From Candidatus Curtissbacteria bacterium (lineage in GTDB: Bacteria; Patescibacteriota; Microgenomatia; Curtissbacterales; GWA2-41-24), in NCBI GenBank assembly GCA_016198325.1, contig JACQIV010000028.1:1-40381 (forward strand): 40,381 nucleotides of DNA. The letters run 5' to 3'. A program made the position numbers and the translations under genes. Of this stretch, positions 1 through 8,450 are shown piece after piece. Every line of letters begins with the position of its first letter. The stretch's first letter is position 1. Below the pieces are notes generated by a model that had not been told where the DNA came from, did not search any database, and worked only from the letters and a program-made list of their open reading frames with translations.

Positions 1-259
1 CACCATATGTAGTAATAAAAATAAGGTTCACCGGTGAAAAATTATAATTAACTGGAAAAAATAAAAAATCGGAAACACGTCCAAAGAAGAGTCCAGAAAC
101 GCAAGAAATTAATACTATGTCAAAAATATCACTATCTGCGATAAGTTCACGCCTAGCAGCCCTAAAAAAAAGAAAAATTCCAAGCAGAACTGCCAATCCG
201 TATAGAAAATATTTCAAAAGATCGACCAGTATCTGGGGTATTAACGTCAGAACCTCCAT
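1..259 (-). CDS. Partial CDS (N-terminal 86 codons, continues past window start): polytopic membrane protein, Lgt-like (prolipoprotein diacylglyceryl transferase)
   Basis: Absent from the ORF track because it is edge-truncated. Minus-strand ATG at 259-257 is preceded by an in-frame TGA. Translation MEVLTLIPQILVDLLKYFLYGLAVLLGIFLFFRAARRELIADSDIFDIVLISCVSGLFFGRVSDFLFFPVNY... shows the YG/TM/basic-loop/D/G-R pattern I recall from Lgt N-termini. The + ORFs 117..335 and 332..715 look like antisense or out-of-frame artefacts. Confidence 0.4.
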   Translation of the reverse strand, partial: MEVLTLIPQILVDLLKYFLYGLAVLLGIFLFFRAARRELIADSDIFDIVLISCVSGLFFGRVSDFLFFPVNYNFSPVNLIFITTYG

Positions 260-401
260 CGAGGATCAATTATATCTTCTTTTTGTAGGCAAAAACACTC
301 CTTATTCCCAGCAATATTACCTTCAGGATTTTTGATTTTCAGAGAGAATTGTGATAAATTGAGACTTAGGAGGCAGTCCTCCTTTTCTTTTTTACCCACC
401 C

Positions 402-887
402 ATGACCGCTACAGCCCACGCATTAATTGGAGCTTCAATTGCTGCTCGCATATCAAACCCGTATATTGGGATTCCCCTTGCCATAGCTTCACACTTTATC
501 GCAGATCTTGTCCCTCATTGGGACGCAGGAACAAATCACAAAAAAAAGTCGGCTTTTCGCCTCAAAATGGAAGCAACAGCAGACGTTTTATTGGGGTTTG
601 CGCTCGCATTTCTGATATTCAGAACAGTAGTCAATCCAAATTATTTATTTATTATGATCATTTCCGCCCAGCTCCCCGACTGGCTGGAAGCACCCTCCTG
701 GATGTTCGGGATTAAAGTTCCCCCATTTTCCTGGATGGATTATCTGGGGCACAAGCTTCAAACCCGCATGCAACTTCCCTGGGGACTGGTAACTCAGGTA
801 ATAATAGTTGGTCTAATAGTAGTTTTTACAGTCGATATCGTTTCCGTTAGTCAATCGCTCTTAGCTAGCTTACCTTTCTTTTCTTGA
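402..887 (+). CDS. Integral membrane protein, possibly YdjM/DUF457-like metal-dependent hydrolase
   Basis: 161-aa ORF with several hydrophobic segments. The N-terminal H..IG....H.IADLVPHWD pattern resembles membrane-bound metal-dependent hydrolases (from memory). Confidence 0.5.
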   Translation: MTATAHALIGASIAARISNPYIGIPLAIASHFIADLVPHWDAGTNHKKKSAFRLKMEATADVLLGFALAFLIFRTVVNPNYLFIMIISAQLPDWLEAPSWMFGIKVPPFSWMDYLGHKLQTRMQLPWGLVTQVIIVGLIVVFTVDIVSVSQSLLASLPFFS

Positions 888-892
888 CCCGT

Positions 893-1453
893 TTATTTTG
901 CACGTTCAACATATTGTCCCGAGCGTGTATCAACCCTAATTAATTCTCCCGTTTTTATAAAAAGAGGCACTTTGACCGTTAAACCATTCTCCAAAACCGC
1001 ATCTTTCTGGGCTGCCCCTGCAGTATTGCCTTTTGCAGACCCACCGGTTTGCGTAACTTTATAATCAACAATTTTGGCAAGTTCAACATTTACTGCCTTA
1101 TCCTCAATCAAAAAAAGAGTTACCTCCATACCCTCTTTCAAAAACTTAGAAACATCGGAAACTAAAGTTGCCGGAACCGTAAATTGCTCGTAAGTTTCCA
1201 TATCCATAAGATGTACTCCCCCGCCGTCTCTGTATAAATATTGGACTTTCTTTCTTGCAAGTTGCGCATCCTGTACCCTTGCGCCGGTGATAAATGATTT
1301 TTCAACGGTTGACCCGCTCTCCAAATTTTTGGCCTTAACCTTGACATTCCCGCTTCCCCTGCCCATTTTGATATGCTCGTAAGAAATCACCATCCAGTAT
1401 TGCCCATCCTCTTCGAATACAGCGCCAGACCTTAACTCTGTGACTGATATCAT
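893..1453 (-). CDS. efp: Translation elongation factor P
   Basis: 186 aa. The full-length EF-P pattern is present (ELR.G..FE.DG..W.V..YEH.K.GRG...V..K.KNL..G...E..F, C-terminal PLFI..GE.I.VDTR.G.Y..RA). Confidence 0.95.
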   Translation of the reverse strand: MISVTELRSGAVFEEDGQYWMVISYEHIKMGRGSGNVKVKAKNLESGSTVEKSFITGARVQDAQLARKKVQYLYRDGGGVHLMDMETYEQFTVPATLVSDVSKFLKEGMEVTLFLIEDKAVNVELAKIVDYKVTQTGGSAKGNTAGAAQKDAVLENGLTVKVPLFIKTGELIRVDTRSGQYVERAK

Positions 1454-1563
1454 TGGCCTTCCTCGTCCTCCGACCTGTCCGCCAAAGCTTTAGCATCGGC
1501 GGAAACTTTAGTGAAGGAAGAAAACACAGCATCGGACCGTAAATCAGTAACGGAAATCATAAT

Positions 1564-1854
1564 TTATTTCTCTAAAGAAGTCCCTTTGTCTGGAAGAAGT
1601 TTATCTAATTTATCAGCAGCCTCTTGTTCACTGTCTGCACTAATGTCGTCAATTGCCGCAACAGCCGGAAGTAGCTTCCTCGATCTTTTATACAAAGTTG
1701 CCCTAATAATTTCATCAGAAGATAAAGGACGATGCTCCTCCAACTGCCTAACAGCATTTTTTGCCTCTGGAGTAACTTCTGTTTCCGAAGCTTCTTTAGC
1801 CAGTCTCCTAATTTCTTTTCCGCTTTGAGCCGACTCGGCCATTTTCTCCTCCAT
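1564..1854 (-). CDS. Hypothetical small charged protein
   Basis: 96-aa ORF between the Nif3-like gene and efp on the same strand, with a helical charged composition. Its start region overlaps the Nif3 3' end by 47 nt. The opposite-strand ORF 1511..1828 is Ser/Leu-rich and looks antisense. Confidence 0.4.
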   Translation of the reverse strand: MEEKMAESAQSGKEIRRLAKEASETEVTPEAKNAVRQLEEHRPLSSDEIIRATLYKRSRKLLPAVAAIDDISADSEQEAADKLDKLLPDKGTSLEK

Positions 1855-2833
1855 TTCTCTTGACTCTAATTAACCCTGAAGCCGGAATAACCGAAACGGC
1901 ACGCGCCTCAAGTTCGTCCAAAAACAAATTAGCGCCGATTGAGTCGGAGACCATATGCCCGGCAACAACCAAATTTATATGGTGTTTTTTGGCCTCATCC
2001 CTATGTTCGTCTCCGGCATGCATTGTAATAACCGTCCCCACGCCGGCATGGGACATCCGTTCATATATTTCTTTTGCAGCCTCAGTTCCTCCCGTAAAGC
2101 CTCCGACAACAACCTTGCCCGCTCTGCCTTTTTCGCTGCCGGAAAATATATCCGGTCCGGCTTTAAACTTAATGGCTTGCGCGTATTCCGGAATCTTTTT
2201 AATTTCATGCATCACGTCCCCGACCGTGTCAAATTCGCGTGTTTCAAATATGTCGCGCATGTAGCGCCAGCCCATGTTGTCCCAAACCGTATGGATACAC
2301 ATAAGCGGAATGTTAAGAAGCCTGGCAGCATCTACGCTTCTGTAATGATTAACCGGTCCAAACCTTCTCTTTACCTGGGGAATGCGTTCCCGGAAAAGTC
2401 CTTCGGCAACATTTATTGGTACGCCGTACGTTGCCAGCATATCTACCTGCAGATCCATCACTTCGTGCAGGGAAGAGAGCGCGCCGCCTGCAGGATGGTG
2501 GGCAATCATCAAGTGGATGTTTTCCCCTTTTTCGTTAAGTCTATCTGTAAGAACCACTTCTCCTGTATCAAAATCTATGCCTGTAATCACCTTTTCTACA
2601 TTTGTTGTCGGGTCGCCAAATAGAATTCGGGTATCCGAATATGGATTTTCCAAAGTTTCCATATCGAACTCTTCTTTTTTGGAGGTCGGAAGATCTTCGA
2701 AGCGGTTCTTTATCCTTTCAAGATGCTTTTTTACCCCATCCTGACCACGCGGATCTGCATCCACCCCCATTTTTATCGCCAAATCGTAAATATCTTTTAT
2801 TGTCATTGTCTGCAAATGATATAACAAACTCAA
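1808..2833 (-). CDS. Nif3-like dinuclear metal-centre protein (GTP cyclohydrolase 1 type 2 homologue family)
   Basis: 341 aa. Motifs seen: IAHHP..., GTVITMHAGDEH and VVAGHMVSDSIG. The overall layout is typical of the NIF3/YbgI family. Confidence 0.8.
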   Translation of the reverse strand: MSLLYHLQTMTIKDIYDLAIKMGVDADPRGQDGVKKHLERIKNRFEDLPTSKKEEFDMETLENPYSDTRILFGDPTTNVEKVITGIDFDTGEVVLTDRLNEKGENIHLMIAHHPAGGALSSLHEVMDLQVDMLATYGVPINVAEGLFRERIPQVKRRFGPVNHYRSVDAARLLNIPLMCIHTVWDNMGWRYMRDIFETREFDTVGDVMHEIKKIPEYAQAIKFKAGPDIFSGSEKGRAGKVVVGGFTGGTEAAKEIYERMSHAGVGTVITMHAGDEHRDEAKKHHINLVVAGHMVSDSIGANLFLDELEARAVSVIPASGLIRVKRNGGENGRVGSKRKRN

Positions 2834-2920
2834 AACCCGTTCAACTAACGTCCAAGAAAAAATATTAACACAGCAGTGAGATCAAATATTTTAGTTCATA
2901 AATAGTATGTTGACTAAACT

Positions 2921-2946
2921 GTGTTAATGTTTTAAAACATTAACAC
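2921..2946. promoter_or_regulatory. Perfect 26-nt palindrome GTGTTAATGTTTTAAAACATTAACAC, putative operator overlapping the promoter of the downstream TrpR-like gene
   Basis: Verified base by base as its own reverse complement. It ends 1 nt before the ATG at 2947. TTGACT at 2910-2915 lies 17 nt upstream of TAAAAC at 2933-2938. Confidence 0.6.
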
Positions 2947-3381
2947 ATGAGTCAGATTTCTAAAAAAATACTTCCTAAAAGCGTTGAAGTAAGGCTTCTT
3001 GAAAATTTATGGGAAACATTTGGTAGCATTAGCAATAAAAATGAAGCAAAAATATTCTTATTTGATTTTCTATCCAAAACAGAAAAAGTAATGCTTGCCA
3101 AAAGACTGGCCATCGCCATCCTTTTAAAGAAAAATTACGATTTTCGTTCTATTTCAGACTTGCTTAAGGTATCGACTACTACGGTGAATACAATATATAA
3201 ATTAATAAGTTTGAACTCCGAAAGTTACAAGATGCTCATTTCAAAATATAACAGGGGGAAAACTACTAAAGAATTATTTCATGAACTCGAAAGTAGACTT
3301 ATAAAACTACACCCTAAAAATATGAAAAAAGATCTAGGACTTCTCAAAGTAAAACTCGGTCATCGTTCTGATGCGTTCTAA
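2947..3381 (+). CDS. TrpR-like / YerC-YecD family DNA-binding protein (paralog 1)
   Basis: 144 aa. The core E....L.K.EK.MLAKRLAIAILLKKNYDFRSISDLLKVSTTTV matches the Trp-repressor-like YerC/YecD fold pattern. It is clearly a paralog of 11140..11580. Confidence 0.7.
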   Translation: MSQISKKILPKSVEVRLLENLWETFGSISNKNEAKIFLFDFLSKTEKVMLAKRLAIAILLKKNYDFRSISDLLKVSTTTVNTIYKLISLNSESYKMLISKYNRGKTTKELFHELESRLIKLHPKNMKKDLGLLKVKLGHRSDAF

Positions 3382-3546
3382 TGTATTAAAACATTAATAC
3401 AAGCATTCTATATTTGTTTCTTGAGTTTTTTATCCGACAGAGCCAAATACGATATAATAACGGTCTCAAGAGGCCGGGTGCTGAAAAGAGTCGTTCTTGC
3501 TACGCAAGAAATGACAGACGCGTATTCTGGCAGGCATTTGTAATTT

Positions 3547-3630
3547 GCCGCGGTGGCGGAACTGGTATACGCCTACGTCTCAAAAACGTGGGGGCACAAG
3601 CCCATGTGGGTTCGACTCCCACCCGCGGCA
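3547..3630 (+). tRNA. tRNA-Leu (anticodon CAA), class II with long variable arm, no encoded CCA
   Basis: Folded by hand. Acceptor stem GCCGCGG/CCGCGGC (7 bp). D arm GCG/CGC with G13-A22, as in bacterial tRNA-Leu. Anticodon stem TACGT/ACGTG, loop CTCAAAA (U33, CAA). 15-nt variable arm with GGGC/GCCC stem. T arm GTGGG-TTCGACT-CCCAC. Discriminator A. Confidence 0.9.
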
Positions 3631-3656
3631 CTTAAACGGGGTTAGCTATTAAGGAA

Positions 3657-3890
3657 TTGTCAGTTTCTGATCTTAAGCCTGAACATATACAACAAATCCT
3701 GGAGGGCTGGGGACTCGAAAAACAAAGCGAAGACGTTTGGAATTTTTCAAAAACTACAGAAGATGGCAAAATAAAAAGGTTATCAATAGATAAAATTGGT
3801 AAATCCGCAAAGTACTTTTCAAATTACGAAAATGAAAAAACACCTATGAAATTTTCTTTTGGGGAGAAAATCCTAACGAACTTTATATGA
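3657..3890 (+). CDS. Hypothetical small protein
   Basis: 77-aa ORF with a TTG start preceded by AAGGA. No recognisable domain. Confidence 0.35.
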   Translation: MSVSDLKPEHIQQILEGWGLEKQSEDVWNFSKTTEDGKIKRLSIDKIGKSAKYFSNYENEKTPMKFSFGEKILTNFI

Positions 3891-3945
3891 TCGAATATAA
3901 AGGAGAGGGTCATTCTGTCAGAGGCGAGAGTATAAGAGTGAAGGT

Positions 3946-4383
3946 TTAGATAATCTTTTCTAACAAAATTCTAAAATCCCCTACCTTGGACTTTTTTTCA
4001 ACCTCCAGAAAATTGTATCCGTACTTTAATAAATAAGAAAGCATTTCGCGTTTGTTATTCCTGGTTTTGACCTTAATTGACTTATAGCCCTTCTGAATTG
4101 ACCATTTTTCCAAATAATCCATCATTGCTTTAAATACTCCTTTACCCCTAAATCTCGGATCCACCCCTGCCATCCAGCAGTAAAATGAACCGTCGTCATA
4201 CCGGCAATAACCAACAATAGCCCCGGCCAGTTTCTCTTCCACAAACCCTCCGATTACAAGATTATCTTTACCGCTGATTCTGTTTTTGTAAAAACCTTCG
4301 GTGTATTTTTCTCCAAACTCAGGCACTTTATTGGAGATATCTACCGCCATTACCAGTGATATTTTCGAAACGGTTACATTCAC
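3946..4383 (-). CDS. GNAT-family N-acetyltransferase
   Basis: 145 aa. The acetyl-CoA binding pattern V.P.FRGKGV.KAMM..LE is followed by the GY..I.V.T..NN..M...L.K.GY motif. The track start is GTG at 4383; an ATG at 4350 is an alternative. Confidence 0.75.
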   Translation of the reverse strand: MNVTVSKISLVMAVDISNKVPEFGEKYTEGFYKNRISGKDNLVIGGFVEEKLAGAIVGYCRYDDGSFYCWMAGVDPRFRGKGVFKAMMDYLEKWSIQKGYKSIKVKTRNNKREMLSYLLKYGYNFLEVEKKSKVGDFRILLEKII

Positions 4384-4437
4384 ACACGCAATTTAACAAT
4401 AAAAGAGAGCCTGTATCAAACTTTTTAAATGAAATTC

Positions 4438-5802
4438 TTAAAGGTCTGCAACAACCTGGGGCTCAACCGTAGCTTTTTCCCTATGTCTTTCAATTGAATA
4501 AAACCTGACTTTTTCCGCCTTGAAAATCAAATCTATATCCCCGATCGGGCCGTTTCTGTGCTTTTGAATGTCCAATTTAACTTCCTCCAGGTTTTCCGCG
4601 TCCGGCCGCCAGATAAACATAACAACGTCCGCGTCCTGTTCAATTGCTCCCGATTCCCTCAGGTCTGCAAGTTGCGGCTTTCTTGTACCTCTTTGTTCAA
4701 CCGCACGAGAAAGCTGAGAACAGGCAAGCACAGGAATTTTTAGTTCCCGCGCCAGGTTTTTAAGGCTTTGCGAAATTTCCGAAACTTCCTGGACCCGGTT
4801 ATCAAGCCTTCTGCCTGTAATTAGCTGAAGATAATCAACAATTAACAACGACAGTCCGTGCTCAACCTGCAGGCGTCTGGCCTTTGTTCTCATTTCCAGA
4901 ATATTTGCAGCCGGTGTGTCATCGATAAAAAGAGGCGCGTCCGCAAGTACACCCATCGCTTCCTGCAGTTTGTCAAAGTCGTTATCATCCAACTTTCCGG
5001 TTTTAAGTCTCCACGCGTCCACTTGCGACTGTGCAACCAATAACCTGTCAACTACCTCTTCCTTGCTCATCTCAAGGGAGAAAAATCCAACAGGTAAACC
5101 GTCGTTAACGGCAACATGGGCGGCGATATTTAGTGCCAAGGAAGTCTTGCCCTGGCCCGGCCGGGAAGCAAGGATCAACAAATTTGAATCCTGCATACCT
5201 GCAAGTTTACTATCCAAATCACGGAATCCGGTAGAAACCCCTCGCAACCCTCCTGCTTTTTTGTGCAACTCGTCAAGCCTGTCAAAACTTTCTGCAAGTG
5301 CATCCCTAATCGGAAGAAAGTTCTGCCTGAGTTGCTGTTGCGAAAGCGAAAACACAGCCTGCTCCGCTTCATCGAGTACCGATCTGACATCGGAAGTTTC
5401 CTCAAAAGCGGATTCGGAAATTTTGGCACTTGTTGCAATTAATTTCCTTTTAAGAAAATGGTCTTTTACGATTTGCGCATACTGGGTAATATTCGCGGCA
5501 CTCGGGACGGCAGCAGCAAGCTCTGCCAGATAAGCGGCTCCCCCGACAACATCAAACACCCCTCGTTTTTTAAGTTGCGCCGTTAAGGTGACTAAATCAA
5601 TCGGTTCACGCCTCTCGTAAAGTTCGTACATCGATTCGTAAATATCCCCATGGCCGGCCCTGTAAAAATGTTCCGGCCTTATAATTTGTGCAATAGCAAC
5701 AATTGCGTCGCGGTCGATCATTATTGCCCCGATTATCGACTTTTCGGCGTCCTGATCCTGTGGGGGCATTCGACCGGCAGTAGTTGCGGATTTTGATGCC
5801 AT
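4438..5802 (-). CDS. dnaB: Replicative DNA helicase DnaB
   Basis: 454 aa. N-terminal PPQD.EAE.S.IGA...D, Walker A ASRPGQGKTS, IVDYLQL and SQLSR..E.R motifs are present. No intein. Confidence 0.95.
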   Translation of the reverse strand: MASKSATTAGRMPPQDQDAEKSIIGAIMIDRDAIVAIAQIIRPEHFYRAGHGDIYESMYELYERREPIDLVTLTAQLKKRGVFDVVGGAAYLAELAAAVPSAANITQYAQIVKDHFLKRKLIATSAKISESAFEETSDVRSVLDEAEQAVFSLSQQQLRQNFLPIRDALAESFDRLDELHKKAGGLRGVSTGFRDLDSKLAGMQDSNLLILASRPGQGKTSLALNIAAHVAVNDGLPVGFFSLEMSKEEVVDRLLVAQSQVDAWRLKTGKLDDNDFDKLQEAMGVLADAPLFIDDTPAANILEMRTKARRLQVEHGLSLLIVDYLQLITGRRLDNRVQEVSEISQSLKNLARELKIPVLACSQLSRAVEQRGTRKPQLADLRESGAIEQDADVVMFIWRPDAENLEEVKLDIQKHRNGPIGDIDLIFKAEKVRFYSIERHREKATVEPQVVADL

Positions 5803-6459
5803 TTATTGTCTTTCTAAAAGCACAACTTCCCTTTCCTCCGGAAGTCTTTCTCGGCTGACAGAAAGTTTAGGAAGCGCCTCGGCTTTTTCCTTACCCATTG
5901 CGGTTAAAAATGCACTTACTTCCTCAAGCGGAAACTTAAGACCTTCGACCTTATAATGCATCGGCACAATTATTTTAGGTTCAAGTTCTGCAATAATATC
6001 GGGAGCATCTTTTCCGCTAATTGTGAAAACCCCGCCCACAGGTATAAGCAAAATGTCACAATTTGAAAGTATTTCCAGTTGTGCCTGGCTTAACGCTTTT
6101 TGGCCCAAATCCCCCAGGTGGACAATATCTACATCGTCAATACTAATATTATAAATTGTATTTTTACCCCTTTCGGCTCCCTCTTTATCATCATGAAAAC
6201 TGGGAACCCCTACAATATTTACACCGGAAGTTTCGTACTCTCCCGGTCCGGAAATAACAAAAGGTTCTTTACCTTCTGCAGACTTAACACTTGTTACATT
6301 ATTATGATCCTCATGCTGGTGTGTAACACACACGACGTCGCCCTCCAGCTTGAGCTTCGGAAGCCCGGTAAAATTAGAGTCATAGGGATCTACCACAACG
6401 GATGCGGACTTACCCTTAATCCTAAAACAAGCCTGCCCATACCACCAGATATCTACCAT
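5803..6459 (-). CDS. MBL-fold metallo-hydrolase (UPF0173-like)
   Basis: The HQHEDH motif is present and the protein begins MVDIWWYGQACFRIKGK. I prefer the ATG at 6459 over the track start at 6504. Its stop abuts the dnaB start (5803/5802). Confidence 0.75.
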   Translation of the reverse strand: MVDIWWYGQACFRIKGKSASVVVDPYDSNFTGLPKLKLEGDVVCVTHQHEDHNNVTSVKSAEGKEPFVISGPGEYETSGVNIVGVPSFHDDKEGAERGKNTIYNISIDDVDIVHLGDLGQKALSQAQLEILSNCDILLIPVGGVFTISGKDAPDIIAELEPKIIVPMHYKVEGLKFPLEEVSAFLTAMGKEKAEALPKLSVSRERLPEEREVVLLERQ

Positions 6460-6566
6460 ATATGTGCCAAAAGTTAGCCAAAAAATATTAGCACAAATTT
6501 CCATAACTTATCCATATATCAAATCGTTGCCAGTAACTAACTTTTATGCTAGTCTAAACACTTAAA

Positions 6567-7505
6567 GTGAGTTCGAAACCCGCAGTTGCCTCGTCTCTTG
6601 CTAGAATTGTTATTTTTCTTCTTATTGCTGCCGCTTTTCTTTATTTAATGTATTGGCTTTGGCAAAGACAACCCCGCCTAAATAAAGAGATTTCCCAGGC
6701 TAAAAAGAACGACCAGGTACAAAGTAACACGGAAGAAAAAAATTCCACTTTTGATCCAAAAGAAGGAACTGTCCTAGAAGACGCACAAATCAAACTTAAA
6801 GGCGAGGTTGGTGCAAATTCCTATGTTGCAGTTTACTCAAATGATTATCGTCAACTTACCAGGTCGAATGACAAAGGAACTTTTGAGACTGGAATAGAGC
6901 TTTCCGATGGCCTTAATATTTTCGAAGTTTCAGAATACTCACAGGAATTAAAAAAAGTCGGCAATAAGACAATTATGTATTACCTTCTTTCCGCAAAAGG
7001 CAAATTAGCTATCGACACTGTCTATGCCGGCAACGCAAAAAACATTTTTGACAATCTGCTTACTATCGGAACGCAAGATGGAGAAAAAAAGGCCAGGGCT
7101 TCAAAGCCAACGGTTATCGTTGCGCCTTCGGACGAAGAAGAATCCAAAAAGGAGGCCACCGCTTCTGTTCTATCTGGCGTACGGATCGGAGATTATGTAA
7201 TTGCACTGGGTAAAAAAGATAAGGAAGGGCTTTTGAGTGCCGAGAGAATTGAAATCTTGCGCGAAAATAAACCAAAAGCAAACACCCGCATACTTGCTAC
7301 AATTATTGCAGGAGATATCAAGTCTAACCTATTCAGGGGAAAAGACGAAGCAAATAAAGTCTTGGAATTTTCCATAGCAAAAACTACCGAAGTGGTTATT
7401 AATTCTCAAAAAGGCAAAAATGAAGATATAAAAAAAGACCGCAAAGCAATTATCTTTTTTGAAGGTGGGGATAAAAACATAGTCTTAAAGATCTTCCTAA
7501 TCTAA
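6567..7505 (+). CDS. Hypothetical N-terminally membrane-anchored extracytoplasmic protein
   Basis: 312 aa, GTG start. A single N-terminal TM segment (IVIFLLIAAAFLYLMYWLW) is followed by a beta-rich, Lys/Glu-rich sequence. Confidence 0.6.
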   Translation: MSSKPAVASSLARIVIFLLIAAAFLYLMYWLWQRQPRLNKEISQAKKNDQVQSNTEEKNSTFDPKEGTVLEDAQIKLKGEVGANSYVAVYSNDYRQLTRSNDKGTFETGIELSDGLNIFEVSEYSQELKKVGNKTIMYYLLSAKGKLAIDTVYAGNAKNIFDNLLTIGTQDGEKKARASKPTVIVAPSDEEESKKEATASVLSGVRIGDYVIALGKKDKEGLLSAERIEILRENKPKANTRILATIIAGDIKSNLFRGKDEANKVLEFSIAKTTEVVINSQKGKNEDIKKDRKAIIFFEGGDKNIVLKIFLI

Positions 7506-7551
7506 CCTCAAGTCTTTCCATAATCTGCAGAACTATTTACAATCAATATAG

Positions 7552-8450
7552 ATGCAAAAAGGACCCCCGACACCAAAAGGCTTCCGCGACATAAATCCCG
7601 ATACGGCCAAAAAAAAGGGCGGGCTAATTACCAAAATTACAACCATCCTTAGTGAAAATGGTTTCGTTCCTCTTGAAACCCCGACAATTGAATTTGCACA
7701 AACCTTGAAAGGAAAATACGGGGAGGAAGAAAAGCTTATTTATAAATTCAAAGACCGTGGAGGCAGGGACCTGGCTCTTCGCTACGACCTGACTGTTCCC
7801 CTTGCCAGGTATGTCGCAAACAATCCATCACTTCAGTATCCCTTCCGCAGATATCAAATCGGCCAGGTTTTCCGTGGTGAAAATCCACAGGCAGGCAGGT
7901 ACCGCGAATTCACCCAATTTGATTTTGATACCGTCGGAACAAGCAACATCGAAGAAGACGCAAAAGTTATAGCAGCAGCAATTAAATCGGCAAAAGCAGC
8001 CGGTCTAAAAACACCTACCATGGCTATAAACGACCGGGGAAATTTCGAAGGCATTCCGCCGGATGTTATCCGGGCAATAGATAAAATCCACAAAATTCAA
8101 AGAAAAGGGGTGGAGGCTGAACTTAAGGAAAAAGGGTATAAAACAGATGAAATTGAAAAGTATTTGAATGGACTTTTAAATTCCAGACCTACTGAAAACT
8201 TTAATCTTTTGTACAATATACTAAATACGACCTAAGGACAGACGTCGACTTCCATTTTGATTCAACTCTTGCCCGCGGGCTTGATTACTACACCGGTGCA
8301 ATTTTTGAATTAAAAGCAAACAATGACCCGAAATCATTATCGATAGGAGCCGGCGGGAGGTATGACAATTTAATAGGTAAATTTTCCGGCAAACAAATTC
8401 CCGCCGTCGGTTTTTCATTTGGCCTTGACAGAATTATGGACCTTATCTAA
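7552..8450 (+). pseudogene. hisS: Histidyl-tRNA synthetase-like catalytic core, interrupted by a frame shift and lacking an anticodon-binding domain
   Basis: Frame 1 (7552..8235) carries the PKGFRD, LRYDLTVPLARYVA and GRYREF.QFDFD motifs. The 0-mod-3 frame (open 8205..8450) continues with ...[21 protein letters not shown]...[34 protein letters not shown]-stop (motif 3). The switch must fall within 8205..8232. Confidence 0.75.

Noticed and set aside
1808-1854. 47-nt overlap between the Nif3-like 3' end and the small ORF 1564..1854, considered as a possible programmed frameshift or fusion.
   Set aside because: There is no slippery heptamer or downstream structure. The basic Nif3 tail (RVGSKRKRN) may simply be a non-conserved extension, or the small ORF may start later or be non-coding.
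3414-3546. Possible SRP (4.5S) RNA or another small RNA upstream of tRNA-Leu. The stretch contains GACGCGT and CTGGCAGG, which also occur in that order in E. coli 4.5S RNA, plus an 11-bp hairpin (GTCGTTCTTGC-TAC-GCAAGAAATGAC).
   Set aside because: The apical loop is not a GNAR tetraloop. The conserved domain IV loops (AGCA / GGAA context) are absent. The 5' and 3' ends do not form the long closing helix. It is more likely a tRNA promoter or leader. The 73-aa ORF 3414..3635 overlaps the tRNA and is spurious.
7541-7554. Near-identical start contexts AAT(C/T)AATATAGATG at hisS (7541-7554) and at the zinc-ribbon gene (20698-20711).
   Set aside because: In AT-rich DNA with about 57 start sites, a shared 10-mer that includes the ATG is within chance expectation. 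A -10 box this close to the ATG cannot give a sensible transcription start.
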